Source of the DNA: Synergistaceae bacterium
GTDB lineage: Bacteria; Synergistota; Synergistia; Synergistales; Aminobacteriaceae
NCBI GenBank assembly: GCA_022837505.1
Contig: JALHFZ010000002.1
Location: 11,214-75,213, forward strand
Direction of reading: 5' to 3'
Length of the DNA: 64,000 nucleotides
Below are positions 9,073-17,722 of this stretch, in pieces (position 1 is the stretch's first letter; each line of letters starts with the position of its first letter). The notes under the pieces are model-generated. The model searched no databases. It saw only the letters and a list, made by a program, of their open reading frames with translations, and was not told where the DNA came from. Made by a program: the position numbers and the translations under genes.

Positions 9073-9885
9073 TTATGTCCATAGGGTCCGGATATCCTCC
9101 TGCAGGCGGTCGAGGATGGATTTGCTCTCTCCGTCGTCTCCGCCGAAATAGTGAAGAAGAAGTTTTTGAATCTGGGGCTCCTTGAGATTTCTTGAGAGGT
9201 GCCCGTTGACGGCCAGGGAGACCTCTCCCCGCTCCTCCGAGACTATGAGGGATATGGCGTCGGAGACCTCCGTGACGCCCAGGCCCGCCCGGTGGCGGGT
9301 TCCCAGCCAGCGGGAGAGGTCCGTGTTCTCCGAGAGGGGAAGATAGCACCCTGCCGCCACGATGGAATTACGGTCGAGGATCACCGCTCCGTCATGGAGG
9401 GGGTTTCCCCCCCAGAAGATGGAGATGAGGGTCTCCTGGGTTATCTCGGCGCCGAGACGGATGGCCGTTCTCCAGAAATCCTTGAGCCCCGTGTCCCGTT
9501 CGAGGACGAGAAGGGCGCCGATCTTCTGCCCCTTGAGGTAGCCTATGGCCCGGGCGACCTCCTGGCTGAGATGTTCTGCCTTTTTCATGACCTTCCTTTT
9601 CTGCCAGAAGCTGCCCCCCCTGCCGAGGTCCTCGAGCATCTTCCGCAGCTCGGGCTGGAAGACGATGGGGATGGCGATGACCAGCACACCGAGGGCCTTG
9701 CCGAGAAACCATGAAAGGGTGCGGAGATCGAAAATCCGCGCTCCCGCTGCAAGGGCGCCTATAACAAAGAGCCCCTTGACGAGCTGCATGGCCCTCGTTC
9801 CCACGAGAAGCTGGAGAAGGCGGTGGACGATGATGGAGATGACAATGATGTCAATGACATCCTGCCATCGAATAAAGTTAAACAT
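9073..9885 (-). CDS. cdaA: Diadenylate cyclase CdaA (DisA_N/DAC domain, membrane-anchored)
   Basis: Three N-terminal TM helices, then a DAC domain (...GALLVLERDTGL..., PLHDGAVIL, GTRHRAGLG...SEERGEVSLA). Confidence 0.93.
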   Translation of the reverse strand: MFNFIRWQDVIDIIVISIIVHRLLQLLVGTRAMQLVKGLFVIGALAAGARIFDLRTLSWFLGKALGVLVIAIPIVFQPELRKMLEDLGRGGSFWQKRKVMKKAEHLSQEVARAIGYLKGQKIGALLVLERDTGLKDFWRTAIRLGAEITQETLISIFWGGNPLHDGAVILDRNSIVAAGCYLPLSENTDLSRWLGTRHRAGLGVTEVSDAISLIVSEERGEVSLAVNGHLSRNLKEPQIQKLLLHYFGGDDGESKSILDRLQEDIRTLWT

Positions 9886-9927
9886 AGGCGTACTCCGTAA
9901 TCAGGGGTCTATTCATCACACCGTATA

Positions 9928-10998
9928 CTATACCATCTTAAAGGCTGCATAGGGGGACGTGCTGAGGGCAAGAAGGGCTCCGTAATCGGGCCGGAAGCGG
10001 AGGATGTCCCCCAGGGCGGGAGGAGGGGAGACATCTTCCGCATCGAGGATCATATGGTCGCTCGATCCTCCGAGGATGAGGGCCCCTTCCGCCTCGGGGA
10101 CGAGCCCCTCGATTTTCACATCCTGCCGCCCCACCCCGAGGATGGCCCGAAGACGCCTTCCCCTGTCGGGAAAACGGGGCTGCCCTCCGAAGGCGTCGGC
10201 CCCCCGGGGTTCCGCCGGAACGGAGGGCTTTCTCCGGACCTCCACGACCTCTGCCTCGAGCACCATGGTGTTCTGATGAAGCCAGGGGATGGACCGGATG
10301 GAGGTCACATCCTCTCCGAGGAGGATGGCCTCTCCTATCCGGAGATGATTTATCCCTTCCGGTATCTCCTGTTTCTCGAGAAGAAGGAGGGAGGAAGTGG
10401 ACCCTCCCGAGAAGACGGTGAGAGGGTATCCCAGGGCCCGCTCCATCTCCCTCCCGGCGGAGAGAAGGGTGAGGAGTTTTTCAGCCGTCGGCAGGGTCCC
10501 GCCCCAGCAGCCGAAGTTGACCCCCACCCCCCGGCACCGCACCCTCGGTGAAGCCCGGAGGGTCTCTGCCATCTCCTCGGCTTCATTCAGGCAGAGCCCC
10601 TCCCGGAGGTCGCCTAGGTCGAACATGACGATGACCTCCATAGTGGAGCCAAGGAATTCGCACTCCTTCTCGAGAAGGTTGACCGTAGGGGCCATGCTCA
10701 CCAGGGAGCAGTCCGCAAGCTCGGCCACGAGGGGGAGCTCTGAGAGCATGGGGATGCGCAGCAGCAGCAGGGGAAGGCCCGTTTTCATCTTCCTGAGGGC
10801 CGCGATGTTTGCCATCCGGCTGTCCGCCAGCTCCCGGCACCCCCCTTCGATGAATGAGCGGACCACCGGGGGGTAGGCGCAGACGCCCTTCACCACTCCG
10901 GCGACGGCTATCCCCCCTTCGGCGCAGCGGCGAACCACCCTGAAAGCATTTTCCCTTATTTTTTCCCGGGAGACGAGCAGCCTGGGGTACCGGTTCAT
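9928..10998 (-). CDS. PLP-dependent amino-acid racemase (alanine/ornithine racemase N-terminal domain family)
   Basis: The ATG at 10998 gives MNRYPRLLVSREKIRENA...VAGVVKGVC (PLP-lysine context), a fold-type III barrel. The track's 54-aa N-terminal extension overlaps nfo and is rejected. Confidence 0.8.
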   Translation of the reverse strand: MNRYPRLLVSREKIRENAFRVVRRCAEGGIAVAGVVKGVCAYPPVVRSFIEGGCRELADSRMANIAALRKMKTGLPLLLLRIPMLSELPLVAELADCSLVSMAPTVNLLEKECEFLGSTMEVIVMFDLGDLREGLCLNEAEEMAETLRASPRVRCRGVGVNFGCWGGTLPTAEKLLTLLSAGREMERALGYPLTVFSGGSTSSLLLLEKQEIPEGINHLRIGEAILLGEDVTSIRSIPWLHQNTMVLEAEVVEVRRKPSVPAEPRGADAFGGQPRFPDRGRRLRAILGVGRQDVKIEGLVPEAEGALILGGSSDHMILDAEDVSPPPALGDILRFRPDYGALLALSTSPYAAFKMV

Positions 10999-11002
10999 TC
11001 CG

Positions 11003-11845
11003 TCATCCTCCTCTGAGTTTCCGCAGAATGGCAAGGTCCCGGCCGTATCCGTGGCCATCGGGGGGCGTCTCGAGAATGCAGGGGATATCCTCCCAGAGGG
11101 GGTCGTTGAGGATGAAGGAAAAAGGGGCGTTCCCCAGCTCCCCTTCCCCGATATTCGCATGGCGGTCCAGCTTCCGCCCGAGGGGGTGGGCGCTGTCGTT
11201 CAGGTGCCAGCAGCGGACCCTGTCGAGGCCGATGGTCTTCTCCACCTCGTCGAGAAGACGCTCATAGGAGGCGGGGGTTCTCATCTCAAACCCCGCGGCG
11301 AACATATGGCATGTGTCGAGGCACAGCCCCAGGCGGGGGTGCCAGTCGAGGAGTTCGAAGATGCGGCGGAGCTGGCGGAAATCCTTTCCGAGGATGTCCC
11401 CCTGGCCGGCCATGGTCTCGAGAAGGACGGAGACCCTTTTATGGGCCGTCCTTCCGAGGACAAGCCCCAGCCGTTCGGCGGCGAGGGCGAGCCCTTCCTC
11501 CGCCGGCCTCCCCCGGGAGGAGCCGGGGTGCAGGACAAGATCATCCACACCGAGGAGGTCGCACCGTTCGATTTCATCCTCAAGGGCGGCGATGCTTCGG
11601 TCCCCCGTGGCGTCTGTGGCGGCCAGGTTGATGAGATAAGAGGCGTGAACCACCACCGATTCGATGGAGCTCTCCCCCCAGGCCCGGAAAAAGCGCTCCG
11701 CCCTCCCCTGGGAAAGGGGGGCGCACCGCCACTGAATCTGGTTTTTTGAAAAAATCTGGATGGCCTCGCAGGAGAGGGCTTCTCCCCGCTCGATGCTCTT
11801 TTCGAGCCCCCCCGCTATGGACATATGGGCCCCTATGAGTGCCAC
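11003..11845 (-). CDS. nfo: Deoxyribonuclease IV (endonuclease IV)
   Basis: MALIGAHMSIAGGL...IQIFSKNQ..., HASYLINLA, LETMAGQG and HLNDS blocks typical of the Nfo TIM barrel. Confidence 0.93.
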   Translation of the reverse strand: MALIGAHMSIAGGLEKSIERGEALSCEAIQIFSKNQIQWRCAPLSQGRAERFFRAWGESSIESVVVHASYLINLAATDATGDRSIAALEDEIERCDLLGVDDLVLHPGSSRGRPAEEGLALAAERLGLVLGRTAHKRVSVLLETMAGQGDILGKDFRQLRRIFELLDWHPRLGLCLDTCHMFAAGFEMRTPASYERLLDEVEKTIGLDRVRCWHLNDSAHPLGRKLDRHANIGEGELGNAPFSFILNDPLWEDIPCILETPPDGHGYGRDLAILRKLRGG

Positions 11846-12453
11846 GGGGATTCCTCCCTCCTGAGCAGCCGGAGGACCTTTTCAAGGATACGGGCGGTGA
11901 CGCCCCAGATCCTCCACCCGTTGTCAAGGCTGTAGACAGGGTATATATGGGGCACGTCCTTCAGCAGAACCTCTTCTCTTTCGGGAAGAGGAGGGAAGGA
12001 ATCCACCGGGGCAAAGTAAAATTCGTCAATCTCCCCCGCGGAGAGGAGGATTGTCTCGGGGGGGGTCCCTGTTATTATTCCCGCCACGGGAAAGACGGCG
12101 ATGGAGGTGACGACGGAGTGCTCCACGGGCAGAAGCCTGAGGGGCTCCACCGCTGAGGAGGGGATGGCCGTCTCCTCTTCCGTCTCCCGGAGGGCCGTGG
12201 CAAGGGGGGTCTCATCCCCCTCCTCCCGCATTCCACCGGGAAAGCAGATCTCCCCGGCATGGTGGGCCAGGAGGGGGGACCTCCGGAGAAAGAGAAGACT
12301 GGCCCCTTCCTCTGTAGGAAAGAAGGGGACGAGGACGGCGCTTTTTCTCTCCGTCCCTTCACCGAAGTGCCCCCAGGGAGGAAAGGGGCCCGGAGGGGAG
12401 AAGACCCTTCTGATTTTTTCGGCGGAGGAACAGGGGGCCGGACCGGTCTTCAT
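11833..12453 (-). CDS. NUDIX hydrolase, CoA pyrophosphatase-like
   Basis: LLFLRRSPLLAHHAGEICFPGGMREEGDETPLATALRETEEETAI contains the NudL-type motif and the Nudix box. It overlaps its neighbours by 13 nt and 4 nt. Confidence 0.8.
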   Translation of the reverse strand: MKTGPAPCSSAEKIRRVFSPPGPFPPWGHFGEGTERKSAVLVPFFPTEEGASLLFLRRSPLLAHHAGEICFPGGMREEGDETPLATALRETEEETAIPSSAVEPLRLLPVEHSVVTSIAVFPVAGIITGTPPETILLSAGEIDEFYFAPVDSFPPLPEREEVLLKDVPHIYPVYSLDNGWRIWGVTARILEKVLRLLRREESPWHS

Positions 12454-14207
12454 ACGGTGAGCTTGACCCGTCCGGAATAGATAATCCCCCGGTAGCCGTC
12501 CACTGTGACGATCATCCCGTCCCTGAGCAGCGTGAGGGCGTCTTTGGCGTTCACCACGCAGGGGATGCCGAGCTCCAGGGAGACTATGGCCGCGTGGGAG
12601 GTCAGCCCCCCCTCTTCGGCGATGATGGCCGAGGCGAGCTTCATGGCGGGGATATACTCCCGATCGGTGCTTTTCACCACGAGTACCGCCCCCTTCGTCA
12701 TCTTCTCCAGGGCCTCGGCGGAGGATGAGGCCGTGCAGACTACCCCCCTTGCCTCCCGTTTCAGAAGGGATATCCCCCGGAGGAGGACCTTTCCCGCCGT
12801 GTGGACCTGGAGCATATTCGTGGTTCCCGCCGTGCCGAGGGGAACGCCGGCGGTGACCACCACGAGATCCCCCTCGGAAAGAAGCCCCGCGGAAATACAG
12901 GTGGCTATGGTGGAGTCCACAGCGGTGTTCTGATCGAACATCTCCTCTTTGAAGAGGGGGGTCACCCCCCAGTAGAGAGTCAGTTCCCGCCAGGTTCTCC
13001 TCGACGGCGTGGCCCCCAGGATGGCGCAGGGTGGACGGTGTTTGCTCACCATCTGGGCGGTGCTTCCGCTTGAGGTCATGGAGATGATGGCGGCGGCGTT
13101 CATCTGCCGGGCCACCTGGACGGCCGCGCTGCTGACCGCGTCGGGGACGCCGAAGGACTGGGAGACGGCGTGGAGGGGGTGCTGCCAGAGGTCTATCTCC
13201 CGTTCGGTCCGCCTCACGATCCGCTTCATGGTCTCCACCGACCGGAGAGGGTAGGCCCCCTTCGCGGTCTCGCCTGAGAGCATCACGGCGTCCGTTCCGT
13301 CAAGGACGGCGTTCGCCACATCGCTCGCCTCGGCACGGGTCGGCCGGGGGTTGCGGATCATGGAGTCGAGCATCTGGGTGGCCACGATGACCGCCTTCCC
13401 CCGGGAGCGGCAGATGTCGATGATCCTCTTCTGCTGGAGGGGGACATCCTCCGTGGGGATCTCCACTCCGAGATCTCCCCGGGCGATCATCATGCCGTCC
13501 ACCACGTCGGCGATGGACTCGATGTTCAGAATGGACTGGCGGGTCTCTATCTTCGCCACGACCTTCATGCTTCCTCCGGCGGCCTCCATGACCCTCCGCA
13601 CCTCCATGATGTCCGAGCGGCTTTTCACGAAGGAGACGGCGATGTAGTCCATGGAATGGTCGATCCCCCACTGGATATCCTGAAGATCCTTTTCGGCGAG
13701 GGCCGGGAGGGATATATCCGCTCCCGGAATATTCACCCCCTTGGTGTCGGAGAGAAGCCCTCCCACGATGACCCTGCAGAGGACGTCCGTGGCCGAGACG
13801 GACTCCACGGCAAGCTGGAGGGTGCCGTCGTCGATGAAGATCTCCTGCCCCGGGGTGACCTCTCTGGGCAGGGCCTCGTAATTGACGTAGACCCGGGAGG
13901 CCGTGCCGGGAATTGCGCTTTTATCTGTGGTGAGGGCGATGAGCTGTCCCTGCTCGAGTCTGACAAGCCCCCCCTCCACCTTTCCCGTGCGGATCTCCGG
14001 CCCCTTGGTGTCAAGGAGGGTCGCTATGGGAGTGCCCTCCTCCTTTTCGATGGTCCGTACAAGCTCAAGCATGGCGAGATGGCCGTCGTAGTCTCCGTGG
14101 CTGAAGTTGAACCTGGCGACGTTCATCCCCGCCCGCACCATGGCGGTCATGGTTTCATGGTCGGAACAGGAAGGACCGAGGGTACAGACGATTTTCACCT
14201 TTGACAT
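12450..14207 (-). CDS. pyk: Pyruvate kinase with C-terminal PEP-utiliser mobile domain
   Basis: MSKVKIVCTLGPS..., MVARGDLGVEIP, and a C-terminal ...GGLTSHAAIVSLELGIPCV domain. Confidence 0.96.
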   Translation of the reverse strand: MSKVKIVCTLGPSCSDHETMTAMVRAGMNVARFNFSHGDYDGHLAMLELVRTIEKEEGTPIATLLDTKGPEIRTGKVEGGLVRLEQGQLIALTTDKSAIPGTASRVYVNYEALPREVTPGQEIFIDDGTLQLAVESVSATDVLCRVIVGGLLSDTKGVNIPGADISLPALAEKDLQDIQWGIDHSMDYIAVSFVKSRSDIMEVRRVMEAAGGSMKVVAKIETRQSILNIESIADVVDGMMIARGDLGVEIPTEDVPLQQKRIIDICRSRGKAVIVATQMLDSMIRNPRPTRAEASDVANAVLDGTDAVMLSGETAKGAYPLRSVETMKRIVRRTEREIDLWQHPLHAVSQSFGVPDAVSSAAVQVARQMNAAAIISMTSSGSTAQMVSKHRPPCAILGATPSRRTWRELTLYWGVTPLFKEEMFDQNTAVDSTIATCISAGLLSEGDLVVVTAGVPLGTAGTTNMLQVHTAGKVLLRGISLLKREARGVVCTASSSAEALEKMTKGAVLVVKSTDREYIPAMKLASAIIAEEGGLTSHAAIVSLELGIPCVVNAKDALTLLRDGMIVTVDGYRGIIYSGRVKLTV

Positions 14208-14233
14208 GGAATGACTCCTTTCGTTAGAACCGA

Positions 14234-17200
14234 TTAACCGATGGAAAAAATTTCCTCGGGGAGCACCTTGGCAAGAAGGGGGGCCAGGGGCGCTCCGGGG
14301 TCGACCTTGATGTCCGGCAGAAGCAGCACAACGGAATCGCTGTCATTTCGAAACTCCAGGAGGACGGGAGATTTTCCCGGATAGGCCTTCAGCGCCCGGA
14401 AAAAATCCTTGAAGGAGACGTTCTTGACGAAATCCCCGAGGAGGGAGAGGCGGACGAAGGGGGGCATGCCGTTCTCCCCTTCCTGGGGGAGGATGTGGAC
14501 GGTTTTCGCAAGAACGCTCAGGTTTCCCCGCTCCTCGGGAAAACCCTGGATGAAGCATATCTGCCCCTCTCCGGCCTTCCCCCGGAGGGGAGCCCAGGTC
14601 TTGGGAAAGCATACCGCCTCGACCCGGGATTCTCCGTCCTCGATCTCTATAATCCCCATGAGATCCCCCTTTTTCGTGGTCTTTTCCCGGACGGAGAGGA
14701 TCATGCCGCCGAAGAGGGGGGGAATCTTTCTGCTCTTCCAGGTCTTCAGCTCGGCGATGCGGCAGTTCGAAAGGGAACGGACCCGCGCCTCATGCTGATC
14801 GAAGGGGTGCCCGGAAATATAGAGCCCCGTGGCGTCCTTCTCAAGTTCGAGTTTTTCCCGGAGGGAAAAATCCTCCACATCGGGGAGGTCAGGCCCCGCC
14901 TCATCCTCCGGAGAGGGGAGGCATTCGAAGAGGGAGCACTGGTTTACGTCCGTCAGGGTCCTCTGGGCCGCGGAATGGAGGTCAGGGAGCCCCTCGAGGA
15001 GTTTGCGGCGGTTGGGGCAGAGGGCGTCGAAGGCCCCCGCGCCGATGAGGTTTTCGACGATGGATTTGTTCACCACCCGGAGGTCCACCCGGCGGAGGAA
15101 ATCCCAGAGGGAGGTGAAGGGACCCTTTTCCGTCCGGGCGGCCACGATGGCATCCACGGCCAGGTGTCCCGCCCGGGCCACCGCTCCGAGGCCGAAACGG
15201 ACGACCTCCCCCGCGGCAGTAAAGCTCGCCATGGAGACATTCACGTCGGGGGGAAGGACGTTTATTCCGGAATTGCGCACCTCCCGGATGTAGGAAGCGA
15301 GATCCTCCTTTTTCGATCCGATCTGGCTCGTAAGGTACGCGGCCATGAACTCGCTCCGGTAATTCGCCTTCAGCCAGGCAGTCTGGTAGGTGATCATGGC
15401 GTAGGCGGCGCTGTGGGACTTGTTGAAGCCATACCCGGCGAATTCCTGGATGAGGTCAAAGATCTCCGTGGCTTTTTTCTCGTTCAGCCCCCGCTCAAGG
15501 CAGCCGGAGACGAATTTTGTCCGCTGCTGCTCCATGACGTCGGCCTTTTTCTTTCCCATGGCCCGGCGGAGGAGGTCGGCCTCCCCGAGGGAGTACCCCG
15601 CGAGGATGGCGGCGCACTGCATGACCTGCTCCTGGTAGAGGATGACCCCGTAGGTCTCCTTCAGCACATCCTCAAGGAGGGGGTGGAGGTAGGAGGGTTT
15701 CGCCTGGCCGTGTTTGCACTGGATGTACTGGTCCACCATGCCGCTTCCGAGGGGGCCGGGGCGGTACATGGCGAGGACGGCGATGACGTCCTCAAAACAG
15801 TCGACCTTCAGTTTTCTGAGAAGCTGCCTCATCCCCGACGATTCAAGCTGAAAGATCCCCAGGGTGTCGGCCTGCTGAAGAAGCTCGTAGGTTGGCTGGT
15901 CGTCGAGAGGAAGGGAGTCCATGTCGGGCAGGGGCTTTCCTCCTATGGCGATGTTCGAGAGGGTTTCCTCGATGACCGACAGGGTCCGGAGGCCCAGGAA
16001 ATCCATCTTCACGAGGCCCAGTTTCTCGATGGGCTCCATGGGGTACTGGGTGACTATCTGATTTTCGCCGATTCTGCGGACGGGGACGAGGTCCGTCAGG
16101 GGCATGGGGGTGATGACCACCCCCGCGGCATGCTGGGAGCAGTGCCTGGCCAGCCCCTCTATTTTTTTCGCCATGGTGAGGACCCGTTCCACCATTTTGT
16201 CCTTCTTCTGTACGGCTGCAAGTTCCGGGGACTGCTCCAGGGCCTCGTCAATGGAGCCGACCCCGATGGGGATGAGACGGGTGACGGCGATGACGTCCTG
16301 GACGGGCATTCCGAGCACCCGTCCCACGTCGGTCACTGCGGCCCGGCTTTTCATCCTTCCGAAGGTGACGATCTGGGAGACCCGGTCTGAGCCGTAATGG
16401 TCGGTGATGTAGCGGAGAAGTTCATCCCGGCCCCGGTCGGAGACGTCCGTATCGATATCGGGCATGCTGATCCGTTCTGGGTTGAGGAACCGCTCGAAGA
16501 GGAGGCCATAGCGGATGGGGTTGAGCTCGGTGATCCTCAGACTCCATGCGACGAGGGAGCCTGCGGCCGACCCCCTTCCCGGCCCGACGGGGATCTTCCT
16601 CTTCTTGGCCGCCTGGATGATCCCGGCGACGATGAGAAAGTACCCGGCAAACCCCATGGAGTTGATAACCGAGAGTTCGTAATCAAGGCGCTCTCCGTAC
16701 TCCGCCGGAAGGGGCTCTCCCATCCGGGTCTTCAGCCCCGAGAGAGCCATCTTCTCAAGGTTCGTCTCGAGGGTCTCTCCCTCGGGGAGGTCGAGATTGG
16801 GAAGTTTATATTCCTTTTCATCCAGGGGGAGATGGACGCTGCACCGTTCCGCTATGGCCACGGTGTTGTCGAGGGCGTCGGGGAGCTCCGCACCGAAAAG
16901 AGCGTCCATCTCCTCGGGGGAGCGGAAGTAGAAGTCATTGGTCGAGAAGGACATCCGGTTTTCATCCTCAAGGCTGCTTTTCGTCTGAACGCAGAGGAGG
17001 ACTTCATGCCAGCTGTGATCTTCCTTTTCGAGATAGTGGGCGTCGTTTGTGGCGATGAGGGGAAAACCGTGGTCCCTCGCCATTGTCACGAGGGCGCGGT
17101 TCACCATGGCCTGTTCGGGGATCCCGTTATACATTATCTCGAGAAAGAAATTGTCTTTGCCCATGATATCCCGGTAGAGGACTGCCCGGCGAAGGGCCTC

Positions 17201-17656
17201 CTCCTCCTTCCCCTGGATGATGAGGGAGGGGATCTCTCCGGCGATGCAGGCCGATGAGGCGATGAGCCCCCGGGAGTACTTCGACAGCAAGTCGTGGTCG
17301 ATCCTCGGTTTTCCGTAGAATCCGTCCGTATAGGCGATGGATGAAAGTTTGACCAGGTTGTGATACCCTTCGTCGTTTTCGGCCAGCAGGATCAGGTGAT
17401 GATTTTTTCCCCGCCGTTCCCGGGAGGTGTGCCCTTCAGGATCGACGTACACCTCGCAGCCGATGATGGGGTTGATCCCCTGCTTTTTGCAGGCATCGTA
17501 GAACTCCACCGCTCCGTACATGGCCCCGTGGTCCGTCATGGCGACGGCGGGCATGCCGTAGAAGGCGGCTCTCTCCGCAAGCTGACCGCAGCGGATTGCG
17601 CCGTCCAGCAGACTGTATTCCGTGTGAACATGAAGGTGAACAAATTGACGTGCCAT
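14234..17656 (-). CDS. dnaE: DNA polymerase III alpha subunit
   Basis: N-terminal PHP domain FVHLHVHTEYSLLDGA, polymerase core, and an OB fold, in 1140 aa. Confidence 0.97.
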   Translation of the reverse strand: MARQFVHLHVHTEYSLLDGAIRCGQLAERAAFYGMPAVAMTDHGAMYGAVEFYDACKKQGINPIIGCEVYVDPEGHTSRERRGKNHHLILLAENDEGYHNLVKLSSIAYTDGFYGKPRIDHDLLSKYSRGLIASSACIAGEIPSLIIQGKEEEALRRAVLYRDIMGKDNFFLEIMYNGIPEQAMVNRALVTMARDHGFPLIATNDAHYLEKEDHSWHEVLLCVQTKSSLEDENRMSFSTNDFYFRSPEEMDALFGAELPDALDNTVAIAERCSVHLPLDEKEYKLPNLDLPEGETLETNLEKMALSGLKTRMGEPLPAEYGERLDYELSVINSMGFAGYFLIVAGIIQAAKKRKIPVGPGRGSAAGSLVAWSLRITELNPIRYGLLFERFLNPERISMPDIDTDVSDRGRDELLRYITDHYGSDRVSQIVTFGRMKSRAAVTDVGRVLGMPVQDVIAVTRLIPIGVGSIDEALEQSPELAAVQKKDKMVERVLTMAKKIEGLARHCSQHAAGVVITPMPLTDLVPVRRIGENQIVTQYPMEPIEKLGLVKMDFLGLRTLSVIEETLSNIAIGGKPLPDMDSLPLDDQPTYELLQQADTLGIFQLESSGMRQLLRKLKVDCFEDVIAVLAMYRPGPLGSGMVDQYIQCKHGQAKPSYLHPLLEDVLKETYGVILYQEQVMQCAAILAGYSLGEADLLRRAMGKKKADVMEQQRTKFVSGCLERGLNEKKATEIFDLIQEFAGYGFNKSHSAAYAMITYQTAWLKANYRSEFMAAYLTSQIGSKKEDLASYIREVRNSGINVLPPDVNVSMASFTAAGEVVRFGLGAVARAGHLAVDAIVAARTEKGPFTSLWDFLRRVDLRVVNKSIVENLIGAGAFDALCPNRRKLLEGLPDLHSAAQRTLTDVNQCSLFECLPSPEDEAGPDLPDVEDFSLREKLELEKDATGLYISGHPFDQHEARVRSLSNCRIAELKTWKSRKIPPLFGGMILSVREKTTKKGDLMGIIEIEDGESRVEAVCFPKTWAPLRGKAGEGQICFIQGFPEERGNLSVLAKTVHILPQEGENGMPPFVRLSLLGDFVKNVSFKDFFRALKAYPGKSPVLLEFRNDSDSVVLLLPDIKVDPGAPLAPLLAKVLPEEIFSIG

Positions 17657-17722
17657 CTATGTGCTCCTGACCGCCGGAAGGATCTTTCTCCCCCCGGCTG
17701 TACTGAATATTTTTTTCTTTTT

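Noticed and set aside
10999-11160. N-terminal extensions in the track for several ORFs: 9928..11160, 2087..3412, 42479..42835, 5505..6407, 6421..7785, 49393..50112 and 28799..29797.
   Set aside because: The extensions overlap neighbouring genes or lack an SD. Internal ATGs with good SDs give the canonical family N-termini, for example MNRYPRLL, MKKICGL signal peptide, MPKIKSHSG, MANEIRK, MRCLFGTDG, MSLLIIEDN and MRKKMSILL.
14495-16390. Very long plus-strand ORFs, for example 14495..16390 (631 aa), 43481..45370 (629 aa), 53216..54586 (456 aa), 22795..23946, 62677..63753 and 29..823.
   Set aside because: Each lies antisense to a minus-strand gene with unmistakable family motifs (dnaE, thrS, htrA, trxB, leuS, glmU). 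Their products are Gly/Pro/Arg/Glu-rich low-complexity sequence without start context. These are typical shadow ORFs of high-GC DNA.
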